DNA of 64,000 nucleotides, taken from the NCBI GenBank assembly GCA_964252035.1, contig OZ176207.1, one strand, 5' to 3'. The notes beneath the pieces were generated by a model. It ran no database searches, had not been told where the DNA came from, and saw only the letters and a list, made by a program, of their open reading frames with translations. The stretch's first letter is position 1, and every line of letters starts with the position of its first letter. Source of the DNA: Podarcis erhardii. Its lineage: Eukaryota. Shown piece after piece: positions 36,566-49,046 of this stretch. The position numbers were made by a program, and so were the translations under genes.

Positions 36566-38968
36566 CATATCAGCATTATCCATCTCAGAATTTAGGATAT
36601 TGCCTCCATTGGCAGTCAAAGTCACATTAGACTTATCTGCGGTTTGAAGATTGGGTGTTGGAAAGGTGAACTCCTGTACCCTGGACTCGGAAGATAAACA
36701 TAGCTGATAGGAATATGGCAATGTTCCTTCTTCATAGTTTGGTGGGAAAATGACTGTGTTGTTTGAATGGGGAACAGGAGCAAAACACTGCAGGAATTTG
36801 GGGTTCCCTGATCGCCGAATCTTCATGAGAATGGCCAGAATCACTGTCAGGAGGAATAAGAAGGAGATCAAAGCTAAGGCCAGCACCAAGAAGAACTGCA
36901 GATCCGATTGATACTCGGAGTCACTGGGCTGGTGGCTAATTTCTGGAAGTGCCTCCTGGAAGTTCTCAGCAAACACCAGGTTGAGACTCACGGTAGCGGA
37001 TAGTGGTGGCTGCCCATTATCCTTGACTAAGATGACGAGCTTCTGCTTCACAGCATCTCTTTCCAGAAATGCCCGTGAGGTCCTGATCTCCCCAGTATGG
37101 GAACCAATGGAGAACAGCCCAGGTTCTGTTGCCTGGAGCAGATAGTAGGAGAGCCAAGCGTTGTGTCCAGAGTCAGCATCCACAGCCACCACCTTGGTCA
37201 CCAGATAACCCTCCTCTGCTGAGCGAGGCACCATCTCAAACAAGGAGGAGCCCTCTACTCCTTGAGAAGGGTAAAGAATCTGAGGGCTTTGGTCATTCTG
37301 GTCCAGAATACACACTCTCACGGTGGCATTGCTGCTGAGGCGGGGGGAGCCTCCATCTTCGGCCCTCACCTCCACTTGAAACTCCCTGACTTGCTCATAG
37401 TCAAAGGAGCGCTGAGCATAGATAGTGCCAGTCTCAGAATTAATGGAGAGGAAGGACGAGAGAGGCAGCCCCTCAGTGATGCTGTTGCGAATGGAGTAGG
37501 TGATTTGAGCATTCTGGTCCACATCTGGGTCGGAGGCTTTGACCCTGAAAATGGAGGAGCCTGAAGGGTTGTTCTCTGGGACATAGGCAGTATAATAGGG
37601 TTTCTCAAAGGCAGGGCAGTTGTCATTGATGTCTGAGATCTGCAGTGTGATGGTTTTGTATGTGGAAAGAGGGGGGTTGCCTTTGTCTGTGGCTGTGACT
37701 GTGATATTGTACTCTGGAGTTCTTTCTCTGTCCAAGGGGGCATCTGTGAGAAGCTTATAATAATTATTGGAGGCTGATACCATTTTGAATGGCAAAGTGT
37801 GTTGTAAATCACAAGCAATCTTCCCATTGTCTCCAGAGTCTCTATCATTTACATTGATAAGGGCTACCAGGGTTCCTACTGCAGCGTCTTCAGGGATGGG
37901 GCTGGATAAAGAGGCAAGAATCACTTCTGGCGCATTGTCATTCTCATCTAGGAGTGAAATTTCAACATTGCATTGAGCGACTAATCCTCCCCCATCTCTT
38001 GCTTCCACTGCCATTGCATATTCTTCTATTTCCTCAAAGTCCAGAGCCTCTTTAAGTGTTATTGTCCCTTCTTGTGGATCCAAGTAGAATTTCTGACAAG
38101 CACTTTCAGGGATGTTACTAAAATTATAGCTGATTTGAGCGTAAGAACCTTCATCTCTATCTGTGGCTTTCACCTGGACCACTGAAGACCCTTTGGGGGC
38201 ATTTTCTTTCAGCTTGACTGTGTATACTTTTTGTGTGAAGACTGGTGGGTTGTCATTTGCATCAATGACGGTGATCCAAGTTTTGGCTGTTCCAGTTCTG
38301 GCAGGCTTCCCTCCATCCAGCGCCGTAAGGATTAATTGGAAACTGCCTTCACTTTCCCGATCCAACTGTTTATTCAATACTAATTCTGCATATTTCTTTC
38401 CATCCTTTCTTTCTCTCACTTCCAGAATAAAATACTGATTTGTGCTAAGGTTGTAATTCTGCAGAGAATTCACCCCAAGATCAGGATCTTCAGCTTGTCC
38501 AAGGAGAAATGTGGTGCCTTTTAAAGAGGATTCACTTATCTCCAGCTTGATATCCCCATTTACAAAATATGGTGCATTATCATTAATGTCTTGGATCTCT
38601 ACATTTATATGAAAAATATTCATAGGGCTGTCAAGCACCACTTCAAAATTGATGGAGCAGATTGCAGTTTGACCACATAATTCCTCTCTATCAATCCTCT
38701 CCCTTACATACAAATTCCCATTTTCTGCACTGAGAGTGAAATATTGCTTTTTACCTAGGGAAAGGATATGCAGATTGCCATTTCCTATTTCTCTGTTATT
38801 CAGTCTCAGGTCTTTGGCCAGGTTTCCCACAATGGATCCCTTTTCCATTTCTTCAGGGATGGAATAATGAATGTGCTCTGAGGCAATCTGACCACACAGA
38901 GAGAATAGTAAGAGGAGAGGTACTTGCCTTCTTAGGGATCTGCTGTCTTCCTTCTGCCTATCTTCCAT
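36566..38968 (-). CDS. PCDHGB: V7: protocadherin gamma-B-like variable exon (subtype Y)
   Basis: ORF 36536-38968; donor ATG|GTGAGT at 36566/36565; 2403 nt. Confidence 0.95.
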
Positions 38969-39250
38969 TCCTCTTGCAGGGATATGTGCTTTATCCTTGT
39001 TTTCTGTGATCCGTTGAGCTGATGAGGCGTTTCACATTCCCATTAGGATGCAGAAGAGCTCAATGAGGGATGATAAGGAAGGCTACTAGTTGCTGCTGAA
39101 TGTCTGTATTTTGCAGAGGTTTTTGTTTCTCAGCAAAACACTTTGGAAGTCCCTGTGTTCTGCTGTTTCCCAGCTCTGTGTGACTGAACAATCACATTGC
39201 AGAAGCAGAAAATCACTGGATTTTCAGCTCCAGTGTGAGAACTATGTTGG

Positions 39251-39288
39251 TCAACAGCGGCACTCTGAGTCTCAGATGAGGAACTGCA
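39251..39288 (-). promoter_or_regulatory. CSE/CTCF site of V7 (CGCT intact)
   Basis: Minus strand TGCAGTTCCTC...ACTCAGAGTGCCGCTGTTGA; one base different from V5. Confidence 0.88.
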
Positions 39289-39690
39289 GGAGGTGTCTTA
39301 TGTCTTCAGCAAATAACATATAGGGGATTTCTTGCCGCTTTCTTGTATATGTGGGGGGCAAGTAAAACACATAATGTCTTTTGTGATTTTGCAAAAGCAA
39401 CAACCCAGAATGTATTTTTTATAATTTGTCATTACAACCCACAGTAACTCAAATTCTTTAGAGTATCAGTAACATAGAGGAGAAGTCATCACATCTCCTT
39501 CTTCCTGCTTACTGTGAGAAACTTGAGATAATGTTACAAAAGGCTTCCAGGACTTGCAACAACTTTTTTCATTTAAATAAATATAATCTCTTCAATAAAG
39601 TTTCCTTGAGTATGGCAGAGGTATGCATTTTAAATACTTGTGATATGGTTCTACTGTAGAATAAGAATATTAATATTTCAGTTTTGTATA

Positions 39691-40133
39691 CAGGCCCCCC
39701 CCCCCATTTACGTGATATCGACCTGCACTCAACTATGTTATGTGTGGTTTTGGGAAACAATTAAATAATTCAATTCAAACCTGGAAATGCCAGAAGAGAG
39801 CTGAAATGTCCACGTGGCTTGCAATAAGACCCTCCCTGGAGCCCAAAGAGGACAGCAATGAGGGCAGAGGAAGCCCAGAAGAGACTAGAGGCACAGAGAG
39901 GCTTTGTTTAGGCTGCTCAGCTTCCTTGCCTAACAGCTGATGTGTGGGGTAGCGCAGCAGCAGCCGCTTTCCCATGCATCCTGCAGCCTCCTGCCAGCCC
40001 CATAACTTCAATTCTAGTTGTGGATACTTTCGGATACAGTAGGTTGTTTGGAGGGGGGGGCACTTTATGCGATTTCAGTTATGCCTGCAGGGGTCAAGAA
40101 CATAAACCCTGTGTAAGTGGAGGGAGACACCTG
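39691..40133. mobile_element. Degenerate Tc1/mariner-type MITE
   Basis: TA-CAGGCCCCCCCC...ATTTACG at the left and GTAAGTGGAGGGAGACACCTG-TA at the right (imperfect TIR). Confidence 0.55.
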
Positions 40134-40514
40134 TACTTTTCAGAACTATTCCAGATGTTACACAGCATGAATCTTTGATTTGCTACAGATGTATGTATGA
40201 CATTCAGTTAAATCTGGTTGATTTGCATGTAGAGTATCTGTTTGACACACACTTACAGATATGTATTTATTGACGGCTTCTTGCCAATATTCCCCATATC
40301 TTTTTGTCAGTCAGTGACCTTTAGGGACTATGTACCTAGTTACTTTGGCATATGTATCTGCTTACTGCAACATTTATGAAGTGCTAGTGGTGAGTGAATT
40401 TAAGAAACCTGAGCTATGTTATTCTGTCAACTTCTTACCATAAGTATTTAGGTAGACTTGCTAGACACACATGGATTAGTAACATATTTCCAGCTACTAA
40501 GAATGCTGCAGGTT

Positions 40515-40670
40515 TCTTTTTTTTTTAAAATAATTTTTATTAAAATTTTCCAATTTAAAACAAATTAAATCCAATTTATAATCTTTTTCCAATAACCAAG
40601 ACTTCCCCTCCCCTCCCCCTCTTGTCTTCCAGTTTAACAAATCAATTCAACAAATTCTTATCCCCTTGAC
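40515..40670 (-). mobile_element. Probable L1-type 3' end (poly-A tail, AATAAA, G-rich tract)
   Basis: Minus strand GGGGAGGGGAGGGGAAGTC...GGAAAATTTTAATAAAAATTATTTTAAAAAAAAAA. Confidence 0.45.
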
Positions 40671-41194
40671 CTGCAGTCCTTCAGTGAGAATGAGAATGAG
40701 AATAAGGTCAGGCTTAGCCTAACAGATATATCTGCCCACAAGCCTGTCCATGAACATATAACTTGTCTTCCATCCTTAGCTCTTGTTCCTTTATCTGCAG
40801 CCCATCTAGGAGACCTTCCTCTGGTCCTTGCTTGCTTGATTTGGCCGAGATTTGACCAAATTATAATTTAGCACTATAGCCCTAACATGTGACATAATTA
40901 TAATGGTGATTGTCTGGCACCATTTAATTTTGTTAACTAAAAAGAAAAAGAAAATAAGATGTTGGTATAGCAAACTTGGCTACACAATAATCTTAGATTA
41001 AAATCAACGACAAGTGTTGCACTTTCTGAGAGCAACCTAAAATGAAGAATATTCTACAACCTCTTAATTGCCAATTGCTGAAAGGTATATAGCAGCTAGA
41101 GTAAGCTACATGTAAACAATTAATATTTCCATTATAGTTATGGTTAAAAATTATTGAAAATACAGCACAAATAATTTTTGAAAAGAGAATTTAC

Positions 41195-43615
41195 CTTGTC
41201 ATTATTAACTTTGTCCAAATGCAAATTGCTTTCACTTCTCCCTGTGAAAGGAACATCAGATTTCTCCCCGCTAAGAATATTGTCTGCCATCTGAACATTG
41301 GGTGTCAGGAAGGCAAACTCATTCTTCCTAGTCTCAGAAGACAGACACAGCTGGTAGGAATAGGGCAAAGTCCCATCTTCAAAGTTGGGTGGGAAGATGG
41401 CACCATTCTTGGAATGGGGAACAGGACCAAAGCACTGTAGGAACCTGGGATGCCCTGATTGACGGAGCTTCATTGTAACGGCCAGAATCACAGTCAAGAG
41501 GAACAAGAAGGAGATCACAGCTAAGGCCAGCACCAAGTAGAACTGCAGGTCAGACTGATACTCCGAGCTGCTGGGTTGGCTCTTCATTTCCGGAAGGGCC
41601 TCCTGAAAGTTCTCAGCAAACACCAGGTTCAGAGTAATGGTGGCCGAGAGAGACGGCTGCCCGTTATCCTTCACCATAATGACCAGTCTCTGTTTCACAG
41701 CATCTCTCTCCACAAAGGCCCTGGCGGTCCTGATCTCTCCAGTATGAGAACCAACCGTGAAGAGTGCCGGCTCAGTGGCCTGAGTCAGGTGGTAGGAGAG
41801 CCAGGCGTTGTGTCCAGAATCTGCATCCACGGCCACCACCTTGGTGACAAGATAATCTGCCTCGGCCGAACGAGGCACCATCTCAAACAAGGCTGAGCCC
41901 CTGGCTTCTTGTGAGGGGGACAGGATACGAGGGCTGTTATCATTCCTGTCAAGAACAAACACCCTGACGCTCACATTGCTGCTGAGAGGGGGAGAACCCC
42001 CATCTTGGGCCTTCACTTGCAGCCGGAACTCTCTGAATTGTTCATAGTCAAAGGATCTCTGGGCATAGATGGTGCCGGTCTCTGAATTAATGGAGATATA
42101 GGAGGAGATGGGAAGCTCCTCGATGTTGCTGTTGAGGATGGAGTATGTGATCCGTGAGTTCTGGTCCATATCGGGATCAGAGGCTTTGATGGTGAAAATG
42201 GAGGCACCTGAAGGATTGTTTTCTGGCACATAGATGCTGTAGGATGGCTTCTGAAAGGTAGGGGCATTATCATTGATATCAGCAATCAAAAGTGTGATAG
42301 ATTTATGTGAGGAGAGAGGGGGAGTGCCATTGTCAGAGGCTGTTACTGAGATATTGTACTCTAGAGTTATTTCTCTGTCAAGTGGACTATCTGTCAGGAG
42401 CTTGTAGTAATTGTTAGATGAGGGAAGAATTCTGAAGGGCAGATCATCCTGTAAATAGCAAGTGACCTTTCCATTATCTCCACTATCTTTGTCATTCAAA
42501 TTGATCAGAGCTATTAAGGTACCAGGCAGAGTATCTTCAGAGACTGGGCTAAACAAGGAGACCAGGGTTACCTCGGGGTAATTGTCATTCTCATCAATAA
42601 CTCTTATTTCAACTTTACAATGTGTCTCTAACCCACCCCCATCTTTTGCTGCAACTGTCAAAGTGTATTCTTTGGTTTCCTCAAAATCCAGTAGCCCTAT
42701 AAGTAGGATTGAGCCATTCAATGGATCTAGACTGAATTTCTTGTTGGCATTCTGTGGTATATTGCTAAAATGATACCTGATTTGGGCGTATGAACCTTCA
42801 TCATTATCAGATGCTGTAACCTGGAGCACAAGCGATCCAACTGCAACACTTTCCCTCAAACTGACCTTGTACACCTCTTGAGTGAAAACAGGTGGGTTGT
42901 CATTGGCATCTGTGACATTAATCCATATCTGGGCAGTCCCAGTTTTTCTAGGCTCACCCCCATCCAACGCTGTGAGGATCAAGTGAAGGGTCTGTTCGGT
43001 CTCTCGATCTAATGGTTTCTGCAGCACTAAATCTGCAAATTTATTTCCATCACGAGTCTCTTTAACATCCAGAGTAAAATACTGATTTGAGCTGAGGTGG
43101 TAATTCTGGAGCGAATTCATCCCTATGTCAGGATCTTCAGCTTTCCCAAGGAGAAATCTGGTGCCTGGCAAAGTGGATTCCACAATCTCTAAGTTGATAT
43201 TAATTTTCAAAAAATGTGGAGCATTGTCATTAATATCCTGAATTTCCACAGTTATATGGAAAACATTTAAGGGATTTTCAATCACCACCTCAAAATTAAC
43301 CAGGCAGAGTGGAGTTGTGCCACATATTTCCTCTCTGTCAATCCTATCATTTACATAGAGGTTTCCATTTTCTGCATTGATATTGAAATACTGCATTTTA
43401 TTCACAGAGACAGCATGCAGATTGCGCCTTCCTAGATCTCTGGCATTCAGTCCCAAATCCTTAGCGAGATTCCCCACAATCGAACCCTTTGCCATCTCCT
43501 CAGGGATAGAATAGCGAATCTGTTCTGAGGCAGCGCAGCAGGAGAAAGGCAAAAATAAGAGAAGCAGTACTTGCCTTCTGAGTGCCTTGCCATCCTCTTT
43601 CTGCTTTCTGTCCAT
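41195..43615 (-). CDS. PCDHGB: V8: protocadherin gamma-B-like variable exon (subtype X)
   Basis: The ORF track starts at a TTG (43681). The ATG homologous to the paralogs (MDRKQKE) is at 43615. Donor AAG|GTAAAT at 41195/41194; 2421 nt. Confidence 0.95.
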
Positions 43616-43850
43616 TCTGTTTTCTGATAAAATACTTTTCCAGCTTGTTTTGAACAGGTTTCTCAGCAGAACAAGAGACAAACCCGTTAGATAGAATAAT
43701 CTCGCTTTTTCTTAGTGTATTTAAACCAGTAGTATTTTCAGATTCTCAGCTAGACTGTCCTTCCTTTGTGCTCTGCTGTTTCCATTATCTGTGCAGTTGC
43801 TTTGAGGTATCACAGTATAGGAAGTATCTGTGAATCTGCATCTAGATTGG

Positions 43851-43888
43851 CTAACAGTGACACTACGAGGTTTAGACAGAGAACTGCA
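43851..43888 (-). promoter_or_regulatory. CSE/CTCF site of V8 (CACT variant)
   Basis: Minus strand TGCAGTTCTCT...CCTCGTAGTGTCACTGTTAG, followed by CCAAT. Confidence 0.8.
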
Positions 43889-44269
43889 TGAGATGCAGTC
43901 CCAGTTAATGTGAATGAATAGAGATTTTGATTTGGATTGCATACCAATATAAGCCATTGTTTATTTTAAGTTAACTGAACAAGGCACCCCCTGAAGTGTG
44001 ACCTAGTGGTTTTATTCAATATTAATTGTACAAGTGTAGAAATCTTTTGAAAATTGTTTTTGGAGTCTCTTAAACTTTGTATTTTTTCTTTCCTTTTTTA
44101 AAATACCAGTTCAATGGCGTCAGGCTGGGACAGTGTTTATAAATCTGTAAATTAAATAAATAAAACAAATGAACATGCCTCCTAGCTCTACTGCAGCTTT
44201 CCCATGTCCTTGCAGGTGCCACACATGGCACAAAGAAGCCATTCTGTGGCATGTTGTGTTGTATGGATC

Positions 44270-44413
44270 TGGGATAGCTCAGTTAGTAGAGCATAAGACT
44301 CTTAATCTTAGGCTCATGGGTTTGAGCCCCACATTGGGCAAAAATTCCTGCACTGCAGGGGGTTGGACTAGATGACCCTCATGGTCCCTTCCAGCTCAAC
44401 AATTATATGATTC
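44270..44413 (+). mobile_element. SINE with tRNA-Lys(CUU)-like head and CR1-derived tail
   Basis: GGGATAGCTCAGTTAGTAGAGCATAAGACTCTTAATCTTAGGCTCATGGGTTTGAGCCCCACATTGGGCA, then ATTCCTGCACTGCAGGGGGTTGGACTAGATGACC...; 8-bp TSD TATGGATC. Confidence 0.85.
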
Positions 44414-45439
44414 TATGGATCATCGTTTGCTTGTTTCACAGAAGCCATGAGTGGTAAGACAGTAAGAAGTCTAGAAGATATGTTGGCTTCACACAAGAAA
44501 TCTTACTATGGCTTGCTTGTGCTGCACATAGTGCCCACAGGGGTGGGAGTAAGCCATGATTTAAAACAAACTATGGCTTAGCATGATGCGCAAAGCAGCA
44601 TATTATGTAGATATGTATATTTTAGGTCTGGATCAATGGGATGCAAAACAGGTGACTGCCTATGGCAGTTTGCAATCTAAGATATCTCCTCAACTATCTT
44701 CTGAACAGATGAAACAAATAGTACAAGATGTTTGTCACTTTAAAACCTGGCAACGTTGACCTGCGTGCTCAGTATTGTATTAACATTCCTATTGTTGTTG
44801 TGTGTTTTTAATTCACATGAAAAATATATAACATAGGTGCCCATTCAACTAATGTTTTAGATGCAAATGATTGTGATTTCAGTCAAATCCATGCATGTGT
44901 ATTTGTTGTTTTATATGAAAGCAATGAATCTTCCATCCAACCCTTGCATCAAAGTTCTGAGATGGACTACAAATGCAATAAAGATACTCAACAACTGAAC
45001 AACCTTCAACACAGGTTAAAATGTAAGACAGGTGAGCTTCCTTATGAAGTAATCACCTGGAAAATGAGCCATTAAGAAAGAACAAAGGAACGGCAATGGG
45101 CCATTAAGAAAGCAAAAGCTCTGGGCCAGATGGCAATTGGGTGGGCACCTCCCCTCCCTCAACTCAGATTTAGAAGACAAAGCCAGAGTTCTACAGTAGA
45201 GTTTAGGATTGGAGTGGAATGACACAAGGCAGGACTATTGCATGGGAGGCTGGTATGCATCTTCCCTATTACATCTAGTTTTGATAGTCTTAAAAAAATT
45301 AAAAACCATCTCCTCAGTCAGTGTTCAAAATCTGGAAGGAAAGGGGGCCCTTAATTAATCACACATCACCACTCTTTCACTCCCAGGAAAATTAGTCAGA
45401 TAACACCCACACCCATAAAACTAAAACAGTACTAACAGA

Positions 45440-45566
45440 ATAACTGAAGAAGTGTGTGCATGCACACGAAAGCTCATACCAATAACAAACTTAGTTGGTC
45501 TCTAAGGAAGGATTTTTTTATTTTGTTTTGACTATGGTGGGCCAACACAGCTACCTAACTGTAACT
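45440..45566. mobile_element. Penelope-like element terminal fragment
   Basis: CTGAAGAAGTGTGTGCATGCACACGAAAGCTCATACC...TTAGTTGGTCTCTAAGG, as recalled for reptile Penelope ends; 12-bp TSD AGTACTAACAGA (45428-45439, 45567-45578). Confidence 0.7.
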
Positions 45567-45899
45567 AGTACTAACAGAGCCATCACAAAAGGTAACAAAC
45601 CTAAATGCAAAATCAGCTGCTCAATAAAGAAGAGAAGTTGTTAGGACTCCCCAATGTATTGATACATCGCCCAGGATGGGTTTGAGAGCCAGAGCACAAT
45701 GGTACCTTCACCTGCTGGTATATATGGCACCTTCACCATATATACAGAGGCAGTTTCACCCCAGTACCTCACATGGCTAGGCCTAATGCAGCTCGTTCCT
45801 CGCTCCACTTTTCAACATTGCAATGTATCTCTATATCACAATGTCTGGTTGGTGATGCACGGCTATGTTGAAAAGCTGGTAGCGCCCAACCCTGGACAT

Positions 45900-46190
45900 T
45901 GTATGACCTCCACGTAAGCTTTGTACAAGCAAATCAGGCAGTAAGACTGAAGAAAGGCATGGATTAGATAGATCTCTAAGAACTGTGAGACAGTAACAGT
46001 TATTAGGAATTTCTGCAGCTGTGAACCTTGAGTGCAAATAACCTTGAGTGCAAATAAGAACAAGAAACAAAGCCCATTCCAATAACCAGGTAGGCTAAGG
46101 ATCAGCAGGAGCTAAGGTGCTGCTCAGATCTGAAAGGGTGGCAGGGATGGTGTCAGCCAGCAACATAGTCACAGTGGCTGAAACAGATAA
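45900..46190 (-). pseudogene. Relic of a protocadherin gamma-A variable exon (end of EC6, linker, TM, variable cytoplasmic part)
   Basis: Minus-strand translation gives LSVSATVTMLLADTIPATLSDLSSTLAPADP*, then after a frameshift YLVIGMGFVSC...LFALKVHSCRNS*, then VSQFLEIYLIHAFLQSYC. These are colinear with V11 [53 protein letters not shown] and V9 [18 protein letters not shown]. Contains stops, indels and a 16-bp tandem duplication (46025-46056). Confidence 0.9.
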
Positions 46191-46411
46191 ATCCTAAGCT
46201 GATTTATTTAAAATATGCCCTAAATTTAAATACAGTATTTATTTGAAACAATAAAGTAATTGCTTCATTATATATTGAACCTCAAACACCCTATTTCTTT
46301 ACATCTTTGTGATAAAAAGCATAAACAGGCTTTCTCTAGGTTTTGTCATGCAATAATATAATATTGAATATTGAATAAAGGAAACCAAAGTCTTGACATT
46401 TATGTACTCAC

Positions 46412-48835
46412 CTGATGGATTGCTGCCTCCTCCGAAACTGTGTTAGAGTCACCTATAACTAACAAAGGGCCTGGCTTATCAGGAGCCTGTTGTGGTGTCA
46501 GAGTATTGGTACAACTTCCGATTGGAAAAAGAATCTGACTTTTCCGAGAGCCTGAAGTCAGTGAAACCTCGTGGCAATAAGACTGAAGAAATGCCCGGAC
46601 TCCATCAATCCCCACAAACTGAGAGATGGGAGCACCATCAAAATGCACACTTCCATTGTCACACAACTGAGAATTTTTCCACCTGCGAAGTTTGAGTGCC
46701 AGTAACACAAGGAGGAAGGTGAGGAACAAGCAGGAGACAAAAGCCACTGCAGTCACCAAGTAGAAGGTGAGATCTGACTGTGGGTCTTCAGATACTGGGA
46801 CGCTGCTCAGATCAGTCAGCATGTCAGGGATGCTGTCAGCCAAGACCACAGTGACAGTGACTGAAGCCGACATTGGAGGCTGCCCATTGTCCTTGACTAA
46901 AACCACCAGGCTTTGTTTGAGGGCATCTTTCTCCAGAAAGAACCGGGCTGTCCTGATTTCTCCCGTGTGGAGCCCCAGACTGAAGAGCCCTGGCTCGGTG
47001 GCCTTGATCAGCTGGTAGGAGAGCCAGGCATTCTGGCCAGAGTCCGCATCCACGGCCACCACCTTAGTGACCAGGTAGCCTGGCTCAGAGGAGTGAGGGG
47101 CCAGCTCTATCCCTGTGGAGCCGTCGGTGGGAGGGGAGGGGTAAAGGATTTGGGGAGCATTGTCATTCTGGTCCAGGATGAAGAGAGTCAATGAGACGCT
47201 GGAGCTGAGTGGTGGAGAACCTCCATCCTGAGCCTTGACTAGGAACTTAATTTCCTGAAACTCTTCATAATCAAAGGAGCTCAAGGCATAAACAACCCCA
47301 GTTTCAGAGTTAATGGAGAGGTATGAGGAGAGAGGGGGTGTACTGATCTGACTTTCAGTGATGGAATATGTTATTCTGGAATTCTCTTCCCAGTCTGGAT
47401 CACTTGCTTTCAGGGAAAAGACTGAGGCTCCTCTTGGATTATTTTCTAGGAGATAAGAGGTGTAGGCTAATTGTAAAAAGACTGGGGGATTGTCATTTGT
47501 GTCTAACAGCTGTAGTGAAATAATTGCAGAGGTTGATAATGTCGGAGTCCCATTATCAGTTGCTGTAATAGTGATGTCATAGGTTGCCACTTGTTCCCTG
47601 TCAAGGGCTCTGTCTGTCACTAAAGTGTAAAAGTTGTCCATTGTTTTCTTTAGTTGGAAAGGAAGGCTATTGGGAATTGAGCATATAACCTCCCCATTGA
47701 CTCCTGAATCTCTGTCTTGGACATTTAAAATGGCAATGACAGTTCCAGTTCGTGAATTCTCAAGGACAGAGTTGAGTTCAAAAGTTATTGTTATTTCAGG
47801 TGCATTGTCATTCAAGTCTGTAACAAAGATCACAACCTTTGATCTGCCACTTAGACCACCCCCATCCATAGCTTGCACCTCAAATTCATATAAGGATGAT
47901 TCCTCAAAATCAAGATTCCCAATAAGGATGATTTCGCCAGTTGTGGAATTTAACAGAAACATTTGGGAGTCCCTTTGCGTGATTTTTTGGATAGAGTATT
48001 TTATGTCTCCATGGATTCCTTCATCCATATCAGTGGCTTGCACCCTAGAAAGTGTGGACCCCTTGGGAATATTCTCATTGACACTCACTTCATAAAGAGG
48101 TTGGCTGAAAATGGGTGCATTGTCATTTGCATCAAAAACAATGATGTGGATTTGTACTGTGCCAGACCTGATGGGATCACCTCCATCAGAAGCTGTGAGG
48201 AGTAGATCATAATCTGGTTGCTCTTCCCTGTCCAGAGGCTTTTCCAATACCAGCTCTGCATGTCTTGCCCCATTTTCTCCCGTTTGCAGATCCAGAGAAA
48301 AATGGCTACTGCCTGTGAGTTGGTAGCTCTGTATAGAATTTATCCCCAGATCCGGATCCTGAGCTTCAGGAAGAGGGAAGTGGGATCCAGGTGTAGACAA
48401 TTCACTGATTTTTAGTTCCCATCCCTTCAGCAGAAATAAGGGAGCATTATCATTTATATCCATGATTTCTACTTCAACAACATAAAGCTTTAAGTTGCTC
48501 TCAGCAATAACCTGAAACTTTAAGATGCACATTTCTGCCCTTCCACAGATTTTCTCTCTGTCTATTCTCTCAGAGGTTTGTAAATGGCCAGTATTGAAAT
48601 TCAGTCCAAAATACTGAATCATACCTGTACTAGTTACAATGCGGAGTCCATGGTCCAAAAGCTGCTTCCGATCTATCCCCAGGTCCTTTGCAATATTCCC
48701 CACAAATGAGCTTTTCTGCATCTCCTCTGGAATGGAGTAGTGGATCTGTCCAGAAACTGCCTTCCAAATATTCACCGTTAGAAGGCATGGTATGATTATT
48801 TCTTTGTAACTCCAAGGCCTCTGTTTTCTTTCCAT
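46412..48835 (-). CDS. PCDHGA: V9: protocadherin gamma-A-like variable exon
   Basis: ORF 46400-48835; gamma-A hallmarks [48 protein letters not shown]...SRKSQILFP; donor CAG|GTGAGT at 46412/46411; 2424 nt. Confidence 0.95.
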
Positions 48836-49009
48836 TTCCTTCCACGAAAAGGAATACTACTAGTTCTTGTTCAAATAGCTTTTATCTGTCCTTTTTTATT
48901 TTTAAAGCAAAACCTGCATCATTTTGTTCCCTGAACTGTCAGTTCCATTCCAGCCTATCTGCAAGAATGGGCAGGCTGGATCGCTCCATCTGTTAGTCTG
49001 CTGGATTGG

Positions 49010-49046
49010 TCAACAGCGACACCCAGAGTCACAGTGAGAAAATGCA
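49010..49046 (-). promoter_or_regulatory. CSE/CTCF site of V9 (CGCT intact, short spacer)
   Basis: Minus strand TGCATTTTCTC...ACTCTGGGTGTCGCTGTTGA, followed by CCAAT. Confidence 0.85.

Noticed and set aside
41144-43681. N-terminal extensions of V8 and V10 in the ORF track
   Set aside because: These come from non-ATG starts; the homologous ATGs are at 43615 and 55406/55397.
44270-44340. Possible tRNA-Lys gene (also tRNA-like heads at 3180-3241 and 23535-23600)
   Set aside because: Stem-disrupting substitutions, fusion to a LINE-type tail or SINE body, and a TSD at 44270 mark them as SINE heads.
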